NCBI GenBank assembly: GCA_051362555.1
Contig: CM120641.1
Coordinates: forward strand, 25,922,401 to 25,986,400
Source: Lingula anatina
Lineage: Eukaryota; Animalia; Brachiopoda
Length of the DNA: 64,000 bases
Direction of reading: 5' to 3'
Each line of letters begins with the position of its first letter. Position 1 is the first letter of the stretch. The notes below the pieces were generated by a model. That model ran no database searches. It was not told the origin of the DNA and worked only from the letters and a program-made list of their open reading frames with translations. The position numbers and the translations under genes were made by a program. Of this stretch, positions 40,517-52,600 are shown one piece after another.

Positions 40517-43087
40517 GCACGTGCACACACGCACAGCCTACACACATTCTGATCTAGTATTCCTATCTCCCATTAAACAATATTTACTTAATGCCAATCA
40601 AGGATTTACATCAGTCATTGAAATCACCTATGTGATCTGTGTAATGTTCATGGTATAATGGCCGTTTATCTGAGAGAGATACTGCTAAAATGTTGATTTA
40701 CTGCTGCATCAGAGTGAAAGATTAGAACATAATATCCGTATGCAGCAATAAAGAGAGATATTTTTTAGATTCAGACTGTATGGGATTGGGCAGGGAGCAC
40801 AAGGATTGTATGAGGAATTTCCTTGTGTTTGCATATTACTGGACTTTTATTGTGAAAAATTGCTCTTTCATGTGGTTTTCAAAAGTGTTTGTTGTCATAA
40901 CTGTTTATCTTTTTTAAGTTGTTAAAGAGTGAATTTAGGAGTAAAATTTTGAACTGGTGTTTTATCATTTGAATTGAGAAGCTTAAAGCTTGATTGAAAG
41001 AGAAAATAAAACAGAAATCTTATGAACATTCCTTTCAGCCAATTCCTGTGTGCTTTTGGTAAAGACCTTTGGCATAGCACACATAATCAATTACAGTAAT
41101 AACTCAATCTTTTCAGTGGACAAAAATGATCAAACTATACTTAATTTTATAATCAAAAAATAATATAAATTTCTATGTAGCATTTGTGGTGCTTTTACTG
41201 CATAGAGCAGAACCATAGAGCAGTCTGCTTTTTAATTTTGTTGCCAGAAATTATGACTAAAAAAATTCAGTTTCTGTAAAAATCGCAATTTTCCCCCTTA
41301 GAAAGGATTGAGTAATTGCTGTAATATAGAAATACATTAATTTAAGTATGTGTGCATTTCCTAGACTAAACCCCCCTTTTTTCGTCACATTTCTAGGAGA
41401 GGCTTTTTGTAACAGAGAATACCTTGGAGAAGGAGTTAACAGGCATGAAGGAACAAAATGGTCAGGCCACAGCTCAGCAGGTCATGCCAGAACTAGAAGT
41501 CACAGAAATGAATGACCAGAAGGTGACACTGTTGGTGAAGGTAAACAAAATTTGTTATTCAGTTTAATTTTCCTTTTACACAAGTAAGCATCCTCAAATG
41601 TAAGTAATATAATATGACACTCGGAAACCAGTCCTTAAATGATGATTATGCTGAGATGCACATTGTAACTTGATGCAAGCATTATGAAACTTTCTGAAAT
41701 GACATGCAATGTCATGTGTTTATTATGTTGTAACTGTAGTCCAGAGAAGAATATAGATGCATTCCACATGTTGCATTTCCTTTTAAAATCCACTTCATGC
41801 TTTTATGAAATAAATATTTCATTTTGGCACATATTCATATTAATTATTGATTTTGGATCCCTAGGTTTTTGCCAGAATGACCAGTGTATTTTTATACATT
41901 TGTTAATGCAATAAATGAAAGGTAAAACATTATGATTCTGTGTTTGTAATACACGTATTTTTAATATTGAGTTTTCTTTTTTTACCATGCAGGGAAACAA
42001 TGGTCCTGTAAACCCTGGTGCCTTCAGCCGCCAGACCCCTGATGTAGAATTGGAAGACCCCAGTGGGAATACAGCCGAAAACATAGAGGTGGTATTCGAC
42101 AAAGAAGTCCCAAAACTTCACAGCATCCTAAAACAGAGAAGCACTTCCGAGTCTGGCTCGGAGAAACAGCGGCACGCATCTGGGGACTCTTCAGGAGGCC
42201 GAGCAAGGAGTACTTCAGAGTCAAGTGTAGGGAAACAGCGTACAATCTCCGAGTCCAGCACCGATGATCTCAGTGCTAGCCTGAGTGCCAGTCACAATAG
42301 TTACAACAGCGAAAGCTTGCAGTCCAATTCCAATTCTGATTCGGGGGAGGAAGGGGATCACCCCAGACTCAAGAAATCTGTCTCTTTCAGCGAAGATGTG
42401 GACAGTGTGCACTACAAGTCTGGAGCAGCAATTTCAGCATTCCACAACACTTTGAAGAACAAGAAGCGACGGGCTCGTAAGAGAGAACAGAAACAGGAGA
42501 ACAGGAGAAGTCGCAGGAGGCACAACAGCAGTACCTCAGAATACAGTAGCAGCAGTGACAAAGAGGAGGGAGAATTACAGGGGCATAGTGAAAAGGATAA
42601 ACAAGCAGAGAGCAACCTTAAAAAACAAACCACTTTTGAGGAGGTCTTTGATCATAGGGGTCAAGATGAAGGTCAGGTTGCAGGTCACGTAGATGCTGCA
42701 ATTACAGAAATGATGCAAGAACAGCAAAACTCCAGTAACAGGGATGCTACAATACCAAATGCAATTGAAAATGATGAATTAATGACTAAACAGCAAACCA
42801 TCACAGGAAATGGGAAACTAGAGACCAGTAACGAATGCGATGAAAAGAGTAGCAAAAGTGCCAGTGATAAAATGGATAAGTTGAGGGTTAAGCACAGTCA
42901 GGGAGATGACAGTGATGACAATGAAGATACTCAGGAAACCTCAGAGGAAGTTGTAAAACCAAAGGATCCGGATGATAAAGTGGAAACTGTGTTAAGTTGG
43001 GAAGAACCCAGAAAAGGTCCCAACATAGAAAACACTAAGTGTGCCTTTGATTTTGCCAATTCTCTGATGTATGATTTGGATGACTGA
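34617..43087 (+). CDS. DNAAF2: Protein kintoun (dynein axonemal assembly factor 2, PF13), 3 exons, ~961 aa
   Basis: Exons 34617-36263, 41397-41540, 41993-43087, all phase 0. PIH1 domain (EEFRKLFAEYAEEISDPENRKRYEEEI, PGYVIKT, KAFINIC, WQIPHS, YDVVF), CS domain (RPKELAVVV...YKLDLNLPYPVDETKGSAKF), second CS-like region, exon 2 ERLFVTE, and the conserved end CAFDFANSLMYDLDD. Confidence 0.95.
39645..39875 (+). CDS. Candidate alternative first coding exon (hydrophobic, 77 codons) in DNAAF2 intron 1
   Basis: ATG at 39645 after an in-frame TGA; long hydrophobic stretch; consensus donor GTG|GTAAGT at 39875/6 in phase 0, compatible with DNAAF2 exon 2. Confidence 0.5.
39987..40032. repeat. (GA)n microsatellite
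   Basis: About 23 AG units. Confidence 0.95.
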
Positions 43088-45162
43088 TATCGCAGTTAAT
43101 TCACATACAGCATGCTCACCATGTTGCATTATATTTTGATGATATTTAGATCATTGAAATGTGGTGAGCTTTCCGTTAAGTAAAGGGAGAAATATAACAT
43201 GGAGCAGGTGAATAAAACTATTTCCTTAACAAATCTACAAAATACTGCAGCCAGCCTTAATTTTTCATTGGATTTGTGAAAGCTTGCAGAAGGACCCCAT
43301 TGAAACAAAAAATGATTATTTTCTTACTGACTACCAAGTTAATGTACAATTTCAACTTTAAGTCGGTTGTATTGTAAGTAATACATGTAGGTTTCCAATA
43401 TAATATCCAAGAAGCAGGTTAGCATTTATAAAGATCAGTATGTTTGCTGTGTATATGATACCAGTGTGAACAGTTTAATGATTCTGTTTAAAATCTCAGC
43501 ATGAAGGTCATTCTCAGAAACTGGACCATTGTAAACTGTTAATTTTGGCCAGTTTTATAAGCTCTCCAGAGAGTTGTTATCAGCACTGCCACTCAATACA
43601 CTGCTATATTTTTCCAAGAAATCATCAGGAGGGAGGTGGAATCATGTGGATGTTTTGAACAGTTATCAAAAGCCTGCCTTTTTGATTTAGATACTGAGAA
43701 GTGTTTCTGAGGTCTTGTTATAAAATACAGATGTCAAGCTGAATGTGGAATTGACGTGATTTTTTTTTCTTTTCTTTTTTTTTTTTTTTTTTTTTTTTTT
43801 GAAAAGGCAGCTAATTGTGAAAAGGAATCTTTCAGGAGGAGTCTTTCATAGGGGGAAGAGGATGGAATTTAGCTTTCTTCACTCTGGGATTAACTTAAGC
43901 CAAAAAAGATCTTTGACATCTTAACATGTCTAGATGACATCACTGAACTTTTATTTTTGAGCTAAGAAAGTCTTGGTGTGAATTATGCTTAATTCTCTAT
44001 TTGAGTATTTTAATATCTCGAGCTGCTCAGCAGACACAACAGACACAGATATTGTGCATAATTGAATTGAAATTGTGGCTGTGAATAATGGGGTTTTTAT
44101 GGATTGCTAATGGGTCTAGCTTGACAGTTTATAATACATTTAGCTTTTTCCTTAGTCTCTTATTTCGTCTTTCTTAATTTGTGTTACTTTACCTGCCAGA
44201 GACTGTTAGTCTCCTTTCTCTCAAGGTTCAGGGCCAATCAGAATTCTGCAACATGGTCTATTCTTTGGCACTCAGGCTCCTGTAATTAGGCATTCTAAGG
44301 AAGCAAAATTCCATTGTCTGATCTTCAGTTTGAATCTTTTTTTTCCTGCAGACAAAGTCAACAGAAAGTCCATGTCTTGGGCTGGTTTCACTGAAGAACT
44401 AAAGTGGAGAGTTGATCTTGACCAAAGAATTTTGTCCATTTTGATTCAAGAATATCACAACTCATCCACTTCAATGAGAATGTTAGACCTGCTTCAATGA
44501 AACTTCAAACAAACTTTATTTTCTCATGAAGCTTGGTTAATTTTTTTCTTTCAATTCAGTTCTTATTAGTAGATGGGATCTATTTTACTTTTTTGTTTTT
44601 AGAAAACAGATGATGAGATTCAAGTATCAAATGTAAATGAGGTTATTCCAGAGCAGTTGAAGGAGAACTTGTTTAAGATGACCTTAATGATGTACCATGT
44701 AATCTCCCATGTCCATTCTGTTCCTTGACATTCATTGGTATAACCATTAGTTTAAATGGCTCCTCTGAGTTCATAAGTGGCTTTTATTTGGAATTCTTAT
44801 TATTGTTTTGTTTTGTTAGGTATACAAAGATATATATTTTTTGGCATGGTAAGTTTTTGTTTGTTTTCAAGAAATGAAAAGAGTGCCGTTTTCAATTTAA
44901 GGCAGCACATGTCAATTGAAATTTAAATTTCTTTTTGCAGATGTTCCAGTTATATTCGGAACAATTTACATTTGTTGCAGTTTGATGTGTGGTGATAATG
45001 CAAGCATTTAAAGTGCATAGTTTTGTAAAAATGGAATGGGAAGAGAAATTAATAAAGAATTGTCTCAAACAATGTTATTTGATTTCATTTGAAAGGCACA
45101 ATTAATTTTCTGCTTTTTACAACTCTACAACATACAAGACTGAAAATAATGGATTCCTCTTA

Positions 45163-45420
45163 GGCTTTGTTCACATGGAATGTCTATTTTCTAAAAATCT
45201 ATTTTCTATTCGCACTATCTTATGATCACGGTCTGTGCCCTGAATATCCCGCCGCGTAATTACTGGCAGCGCGAGCCAGTTACTTGTAGTAACTTATAGT
45301 AACTGGCTCGCGCTGCCAGTAATTACGCCGCGGGATATTCAGGGCACAGACCGTGATCATAAGACATACCGCAAATAGAAAATAGAATTTAGAAAATAGA
45401 CATTGCATGTGAATGAAGCC
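45163..45420. mobile_element. Palindromic Tourist/PIF-Harbinger-like MITE, copy 1
   Basis: 258 bp and nearly fully self-complementary around the central AGTTACTT...AGTAACT; termini GGCTT...AAGCC; TTA target-site duplication on both sides. Confidence 0.88.
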
Positions 45421-46824
45421 TTAGAATGGGAGAGGGAGTTGATTTATGTGCAGTAAGTGAGGTTAAGCCATCTGGATGAGAACCACCAGCAGAGTTACAC
45501 ATATAAGTGGATTTATTTACCACTCCAAGATCTTTAATGCAAAAGGAAAATGATAAAACTTATATCCCAAGTTGAAAAACTGAGGTGGGAAGAGTGTGTG
45601 TCCATGTATTAATAAAACTGGTGTTAGGGGATATTATCTCATATAAGAAACAAGTGTCTTGAGCATATTTAGTGCTATTTAGTTTCCAACATTTAACTCT
45701 ACAGGTTAACTCAAGCTGCAACCAGAAAAAGGCCATTTTTGCCATTAACCTCCATTTTAGTCTTAAAGATGGTTTCAGAAAAAAAGTGCAAAAGTCATAA
45801 AAATTGACATTTTGTGCTATCATAATAATACAACTAAACCAGTATTTTGGAAAATCCAGACAAGAAAAAGAAATGTGTACAACTCCTTCTCCTACATGCC
45901 TATTCTTCACTGGGCCATAAAGAGGAAATTAGGTGAAAATTATATGTTCAGGTTTTCAATGGATAATATTATTTAAAGTTATTAAAAGCTTTTCAACAAA
46001 ATTGCTGGTTAAGACTTTTTCTAGGTTTAATGATCAACCTATGTTAGGACATTCCCCCCTACCAAGGAGGGGGGGGGATAATAAGATATTTGGAGGTTTT
46101 TATATCATGTCATGATTAAACAGATAATTGTGTCAATTTAAAAACCTTCCTGCATATCCCATAATATATTTAGGAAGTGGTTATCAACAGTATCAAAGGA
46201 AATATTTTTTCTCACAGTTAGTACTTTTATATATTCTATGTATTTAGATTTTTTCATAACTCGGATAATTTAGTTCTGACAAAAAGTATGGTAGTACAAT
46301 GATGGAACACTTCTGATTTGAATTTTTAGCTCTGATTACAAGTCTATGACTTTAATATCATGAGCATTTTAAAAGGTGAAATGATAATGAGCAAACTACA
46401 TATATATCTACCAGTATATATATAGTTTATTTAAACCACTGTTCAATTGCATATATCATAACCATTACCAAAAAGGCAAGTCTATCTATAAAAATCTGTA
46501 AAAAGCACAGTAACCAAGAATGGTGTAAATGACCACAAAACTGGTCCTTATCCAATAGCTCCATAAACACCTAAAGAAACACCTTTGCCTGCTATGCTCA
46601 GAAAAGATTATATGACATAAAGATATTTAACAGTTTATGGGAATATATGAACAGATCTAGAAATGGAAGACTAAGAGATGCATAGTTCACTTGGCCTGTA
46701 TATATTGGCATGTCCACCTTTGCTTTAAAGCACCCAAAATCACATCACCTTCAAATACAGCTTTCCTCTAAAAGGTAAAATCCCTTAATTAGGTCCCTGC
46801 ATCATAACTAACCCACATCATTAC

Positions 46825-46855
<31 letters not shown>

Positions 46856-48448
46856 ACACACTACCTGCACCATAAGGATATGAGAAAAAATGGTGTAGCA
46901 GAGAAACGATGAAGAAAAGTAAAGCGAGAGAGCTTTGATTTGGAGTATATCAATAATATATATCGGGTAATATCATTCACTTAATAGGGTTGAGTAAGGA
47001 TGCAAGTCAGTAAGGATGCAGTAGGATAACAATGTTAGGACCTAAAGAGATGACCCCACCTAAAAGCCCAATAATGCTTTCTTTGAAAATACATTTTTTA
47101 CATACACATAATTAAGCTATGCAAATAAAAATCTATCTCTCAAAAAAAAAAAAAAAATGCACTTCTATGCATTTACTCTATTTAAAACAAGCAAACATAT
47201 AACAATCTTCCACTGGCAGCTGAAATACGCTTAAAAGATGTGACCAATATTGTAACAGACAATAAGTAAAAGTTCAGAATATGGGGGAGGGGGTGCACAA
47301 ACTACATCAAAGCAGTATTTATTTTAAAATATTTGGGCTAAAATAATTCCTTTTCAGGCTTTCTAGCCCCATAATGAGTTTCAGAGTTTGCTGAAAACTA
47401 ACCGATGTATCAGCAATACCATTAGCTTCCAGTTTATTTTGAAACCCAGGGCGATTTATCATAGATATATGACATATATTTAACAAAATACTGAAGGGGT
47501 ATAAGACTGTCTACACTGTGAAGTGTATTCATATACAGTTAATATCAATATTAATCTACACTTGACAATATAAATGCAACCCCATGAAATGTAAGCATAA
47601 GTCCATTGTCATATTCATGATTAACCTATATGGGGACATAACTGGAATTTCAGACTCTTCCAACTTTTGTAGCCATGCAAATTTTCAAATTGAAAACCCA
47701 AGGCCTGGTTCTAAAACCCTGTTGGCTCTAATTAATTGAGTGGTAACACATAACTGCAGCAGATAGCTTAAAAGCAATCTGAAGATTTGTAAGTTAAGCA
47801 CTTTCGATAATACATTTGAACCTCTTCCACCCTGTCTTGCTCTTGAGTAAAATTATGGGCTGTGCACTCCCAAAGAGACTAACATGAGTGTAAAACCATT
47901 TCTTTTTCCAATACACCTAAAATGTTCTAATTCAAAGAAATTATGACTTTAAAAAATACAGTATCTGTAAATTTCACTATTTCCCCCCATTGAAAAGATC
48001 GAGCAATTATCTTAGTTTTGGTAAAAAAAATCATTTTCAGGCTTTTTAACAGAGTGTTTAAGGTATAATATAACATATACCTTTTGGTGATGTACCAAGA
48101 AATGGAATTTTCTGGGAGTTTTTTTCAAACTTTTTCAAATCCCCAGTATAACAACATAAAACTAATATTTCCTTTTCCATATATCTATCATATTAGCTGT
48201 CAAATTTGGAAGTCATCTCCAATGACATCTATGAAAAAATAAAACCTATCTGAGTTTTCCTTAACAAAAAGGCAGTTTTGCATTCATAAGATACAGTAGA
48301 AATAAGTGTTGATGATTTATGAATTTTTTTCCCAATTTAGCGCTTAGACCTTTGTCCTTCCGGTAGTTTTGAGATTAAGATTCCCCTCACAGTGACCTTA
48401 AGAGTTGACCTCCCTCCTCAATGACCTTGAAGTTGACCTCCCTCCTCC

Positions 48449-51400
48449 TCAATGGCCTTGGAGTTGACCTTTCTTCTTGAGTGTGCTGGTGCTGCTCTGT
48501 TTGTCCAGACTGCGTGTAGAGGTTGGTACCTGGTTCCTGGCATTAATGTAACTGGCCAGTAGTAAGGTTAACTCAAGGATCTAAAAAAAATTGAAAAAAT
48601 AAATTTCTGATGACAGCTTATTCCTTTCATTTTCTGTTCTTATCTGGGCTTGTTATAGTTTTTTTAAGAGAAGAAAAACGAGATGAGAAGTTTTCTTGTT
48701 GAGAAAAATATCTATTATCAGAGAACTACTAAAGCTATTCACCTGTGACAATCAATAAATAACCCTTCGTTATATAATATACTGCTCCATCAAATGTGAA
48801 TTTCACCAAGGTACATAATGTATTTGTAATCCATTTCACTGTATAATGGTTACATCATAAATCCCAATATTCAAATCTCACCCTTAGCTTAGGCATATGG
48901 AACTGAATTTTGCAAGTCCTCTTTCTCCTATGCTCTGTTCTTGAAGAAGTATCTTGTTTTCTATTGACAACCAACATGAAGTCGTCCCTGCAGCCTCCAA
49001 ATGTCACAACGGCCTTGTAGCTGTATGATGTCACATATTGCTGCAATACAATACGTTTTGAATTTATTTATTTATTTTTTAAGTTTTCACAGCTAAGCAA
49101 AAAATAACTGAATCTGTCTACACATCTCCATCATGGTGTTCTTGGTATTTCCAAAAGATGGCAGCAACAAGAACAGCACCATCACTCTATCCTTAATTTG
49201 GGAAAATCTTAAATGATAAAATACACATCTTCAAACATTTGAAAATAGTTAAATAAAAGAAGCTGTTTCCTCACCATAGTTCCATACTCTAGTATGGCCA
49301 CCCCATCATCAGTGACAGCCAACCAGACTTTTCTGATGTCTGCTGAAACCACCTGGAATCACAAATACAAAGTACATAAGTTCTGAGGACAAAGCCTGAA
49401 AAGAATGTTGTTTTTTTCAGACATAAAATAATCACTCGATATTTTCAATGGGGGGAAAATAGTGAAATTTACAGATACTGTATTTTTTAAGTCATAACTT
49501 CTTTAAATCAGAACATTCCTATTGAGTGCTAGCAACAAAATTTTACGCAGGCCTCGGCTACTCTATAGTTCTATTCTATGCAGTACAACCACACCAAGTG
49601 CTATAAAGAAATATAATTTTTGCGATTATAAAATTATGTATCTGAATGTTTGACAATTTATGTCCATTGAAAAGATTGAGTTATTACTGCAAAAGATTCA
49701 TTGAAACTGACAGTCCTTGAAAATAAATTTGAAACTGGTTTGCATTCTGTACATCAAAACATGCCCAGTACTGGCATCTTACATGATCATTCTGCAGTCT
49801 CTGACAAAGTTTTTGTTTAAGCCAAATAGGCATTTTAAACCAAAACTAACAAAAATGACTTTTTTTCTTTTGCCTATATTATACATACATGTACATGACT
49901 ACAACAGTTACTGTACTTTACCTTAGCTGCAAACAGTTCTGCTCCAAAGAAAGGCCACTTCCTAAGAGCTGTGAGATATATTCTGACACACTCGTGGTTG
50001 CTTCTTCCCTTCAAACTGGCCCACCTCTCTGCTATCTTTGACATCAAAAGTCTGCAAATAATATGGATACATAATATGATTTATTCTCTACAAAAATGAC
50101 CTCATATCAAATGTTAACCAAATGCTGAAGAAATATGCTATAAAACATTCAAGGAATATTTGGTAACTTTTTTTCCAAATTCAGCTGCCTGACTGAAATA
50201 AAAAACAACTGAAAATATCCCCCAATCAGTTCAAATTTGTTCTTCAACGTTCAGTGTAATATAAGTAACATGTAAATGGCACAGTGAACAATTGTTTAAG
50301 CGATCCATTCATTTTTGAGAAGGCCTCTCACTTGACAAATAGGCAAGCCAGGAATGGAAATATATATATATATATATATATGATAATTCAAATGAAAAAT
50401 GAAATGCATATGCATGTTATGACCTGGTGCATCATTACAGATTGTGAAATATTGTGGAGAAACAAAGAGAGATCCAGGGAAGCAAAGGAGTCTCTACACT
50501 CCATTTAATGTCTCTTTTAGCCTAGAGATGCAAAACATTTTATTCTCTAGCAGCCATAAATAAGCAATGATAAAGATGCACCTAAGAAGATCCACTATAA
50601 AGTTGTAATATCCAAGCCAAGCTTTCGGGAATCCCTGCCTAGTATTCGAAAGGTTGGATTAGATATTACATCTTTACAGTAGATCTTCAAAGATGCATCT
50701 TTATAATTAATTTATTTATTTCTTAAAGATCTATATGGTGTTTTGATATGTATTTTCCAGCAGCTACAACAGCAAAATTTTGACAAAATAAAAACTTATA
50801 TAATGTCACCAGAATTGTTAGCCAACAACACTGAAAACACAGTTCTTCCGATTTCCCAATATGTGAACAAATGTGTTATTTAAAAAAATTAATGTAAAGA
50901 AAAAGTCATTTTCTTACGTCTTATCCTCCTCTGTACAGTTCTTGTCTTTGTAGCGTTTGGGGTAGAATCTCTCTATGATGACAGGCAGCTGAGTGGAAGA
51001 ATTAGGCGGAGTGGTGCGCTCTCCTTGGTTGGTGCTCTCTGGGTGGCGAAAATCTCCAAATTCCACCTTCAAATGGAATATGATTATTTTTCTGTTCACC
51101 TAAACACCACTTCTAAATGCCACCCATTTCTGAATTAGATGTCATACAATTAAATCTATTTATTAAATACAAATATAGGTTTTTTTTAGTGCAGAAAATG
51201 AAAAGCTAAATTTTTTTTTTAAACATTTTCTGCTGAAATTTTCACACTCTCACTACAGATCTCCCTTAGTAAAAAAAAATCTGTTAAAGAATTGACAAAG
51301 AATGTACATCTCCATTCACCTGAGCCAGTATAGATGCCAGCTGCACAGCCATTTCCTTGCTGACAGGAAACTTCCCATTGACGATGGCATGGTTGATCTG

Positions 51401-51461
51401 GTAGGCTAATAAGTGGCGCTCACGCTCTGTCTCTGATGACACATTCTTTTTTAAATATAAT
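48449..51461 (-). CDS. PLEKHH1/PLEKHH2-like (PH-MyTH4-FERM, MAX-1 family) gene; last six exons only, 5' part not found in the window
   Basis: Exons 51320-51461, 50918-51066, 49922-50051, 49275-49352, 48882-49040, 48449-48580, phase-consistent. Translation RLYLKKNVSSETERERHLLAYQINHAIVNGKFPVSKEMAVQLASILAQVEFGD...RFYPKRY...WASLKGRSNHECVRIYLTALRKWPFFGAELF...VWLAVTDDGVAILEY...VVTFGGCRDDFMLVV...ILELTLLLASYIN matches the PLEKHH FERM domain. Confidence 0.9.
50570..50704. mobile_element. Short hairpin (foldback) repeat
   Basis: ATAAAGATGCA..GAAGATCCACTATAAAGTTGTAATATC..CTTTCG pairs with CGAAAG..GATATTACATCTTTACAGTAGATCTTC..TGCATCTTTAT. Confidence 0.6.
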
Positions 51462-51830
51462 CTGGAACATGCACAATGCAGATTTGTAATAGAATTCAGA
51501 TACTCTGGAATGACAAGAAATTGTTCAATATTGTTTTAAAAAAAGTACTATGTTTACTGATAAGATTAGTCACTCCAAGGGAATGTATTCTTTAAGTTAT
51601 ATCTTCAAATGAAAAAAGAGCAATACAAAAAAATGATGAAGCGGGATCATGTTTTGGCCTTTCAGAAAATTCAAGAAGTTGCAGCAGCAGCAAAAAATAC
51701 TCAGACTATCACCTTACACAATTATCATTTCCTCATTACAAAAGAGTAAATAATTTCTCAGTGTTTCATCTTGTGAATTATTTTAATTCACATTACAGAC
51801 GTCAGTAGTTATAATACTGGCGTGTAGGAA

Positions 51831-52203
51831 ACAAAGTTTAACCAAGCAGAAATAAAGATAATTATTGACAGGTTAGGGATGGAGAGGATATCCAATAACT
51901 GCAGAAAATATGCACTTTGAAGTTGAACACTGATTGCATGTTGTCTCACTCATGACATATTCTAATAAATTTTTGAAGTCAAATGTCTGCTTAGATAAAT
52001 TATTAGAATATCATGTCACTTGTTAGTGAGACAAAGTTTAACTAAGCAGAAATAAAGATAATTATCGACAGGTTGGGGATGGAGGGGATATCCAATAACT
52101 GCAGAAAATAAGCACTTTGAATTTGAACACTGGTTGAATGAATGGTGTCTCACTCATGACATGCTATTCTAATAACTTATCTAAGCAGACATTTGACTTA
52201 AAG
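51831..52203. repeat. Local ~140-bp tandem duplication with an inverted spacer
   Basis: ACAAAGTTTAAC.AAGCAGAAATAAAGATAATTAT... starts at both 51831 and 52031; about 51971-52017 is the reverse complement of about 52158-52203. Confidence 0.85.
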
Positions 52204-52324
52204 AAGTGGACTGGGCCCTTAGGCACCTCGTCCCATTCCCTTCCTTTGGATCCTAAACAGATGTAATGAGTGCACAATTTCAGACATTGTGCTGTCTCAC
52301 CTAACACAATGACATGTTCACAAA

Positions 52325-52600
52325 GAGCGGATTCAGAACAGATGATCCGCGGACTTAATACGGCTGACCCCATTTAAAAAGCAATGCTGCTAATTCCCCG
52401 ATGGTCTCTCCGCCTCCACATGCGCCGTTGCTGTAGGAGCCTAGCAATTTAACCTCTGAGCCGAGATTTATTTTGTTTTATGGAGTGTGTGGTGGTGTGG
52501 AGACCATCAGGGAATTAGCGGCATCGCTTTTTTATGTGGGGTCGGCCATATTTAGTCAACGGATCAGTTAGTCTGCAGATCATCTGTTCTGAATGCGCTC
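52325..52600. mobile_element. Foldback MITE-like element
   Basis: GAGCGGATTCAGAACAGATGATC / GATCATCTGTTCTGAATGCGCTC termini; inner arms GCTAATTCCCCGATGGTCTC / GAGACCATCAGGGAATTAGC. Confidence 0.7.
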
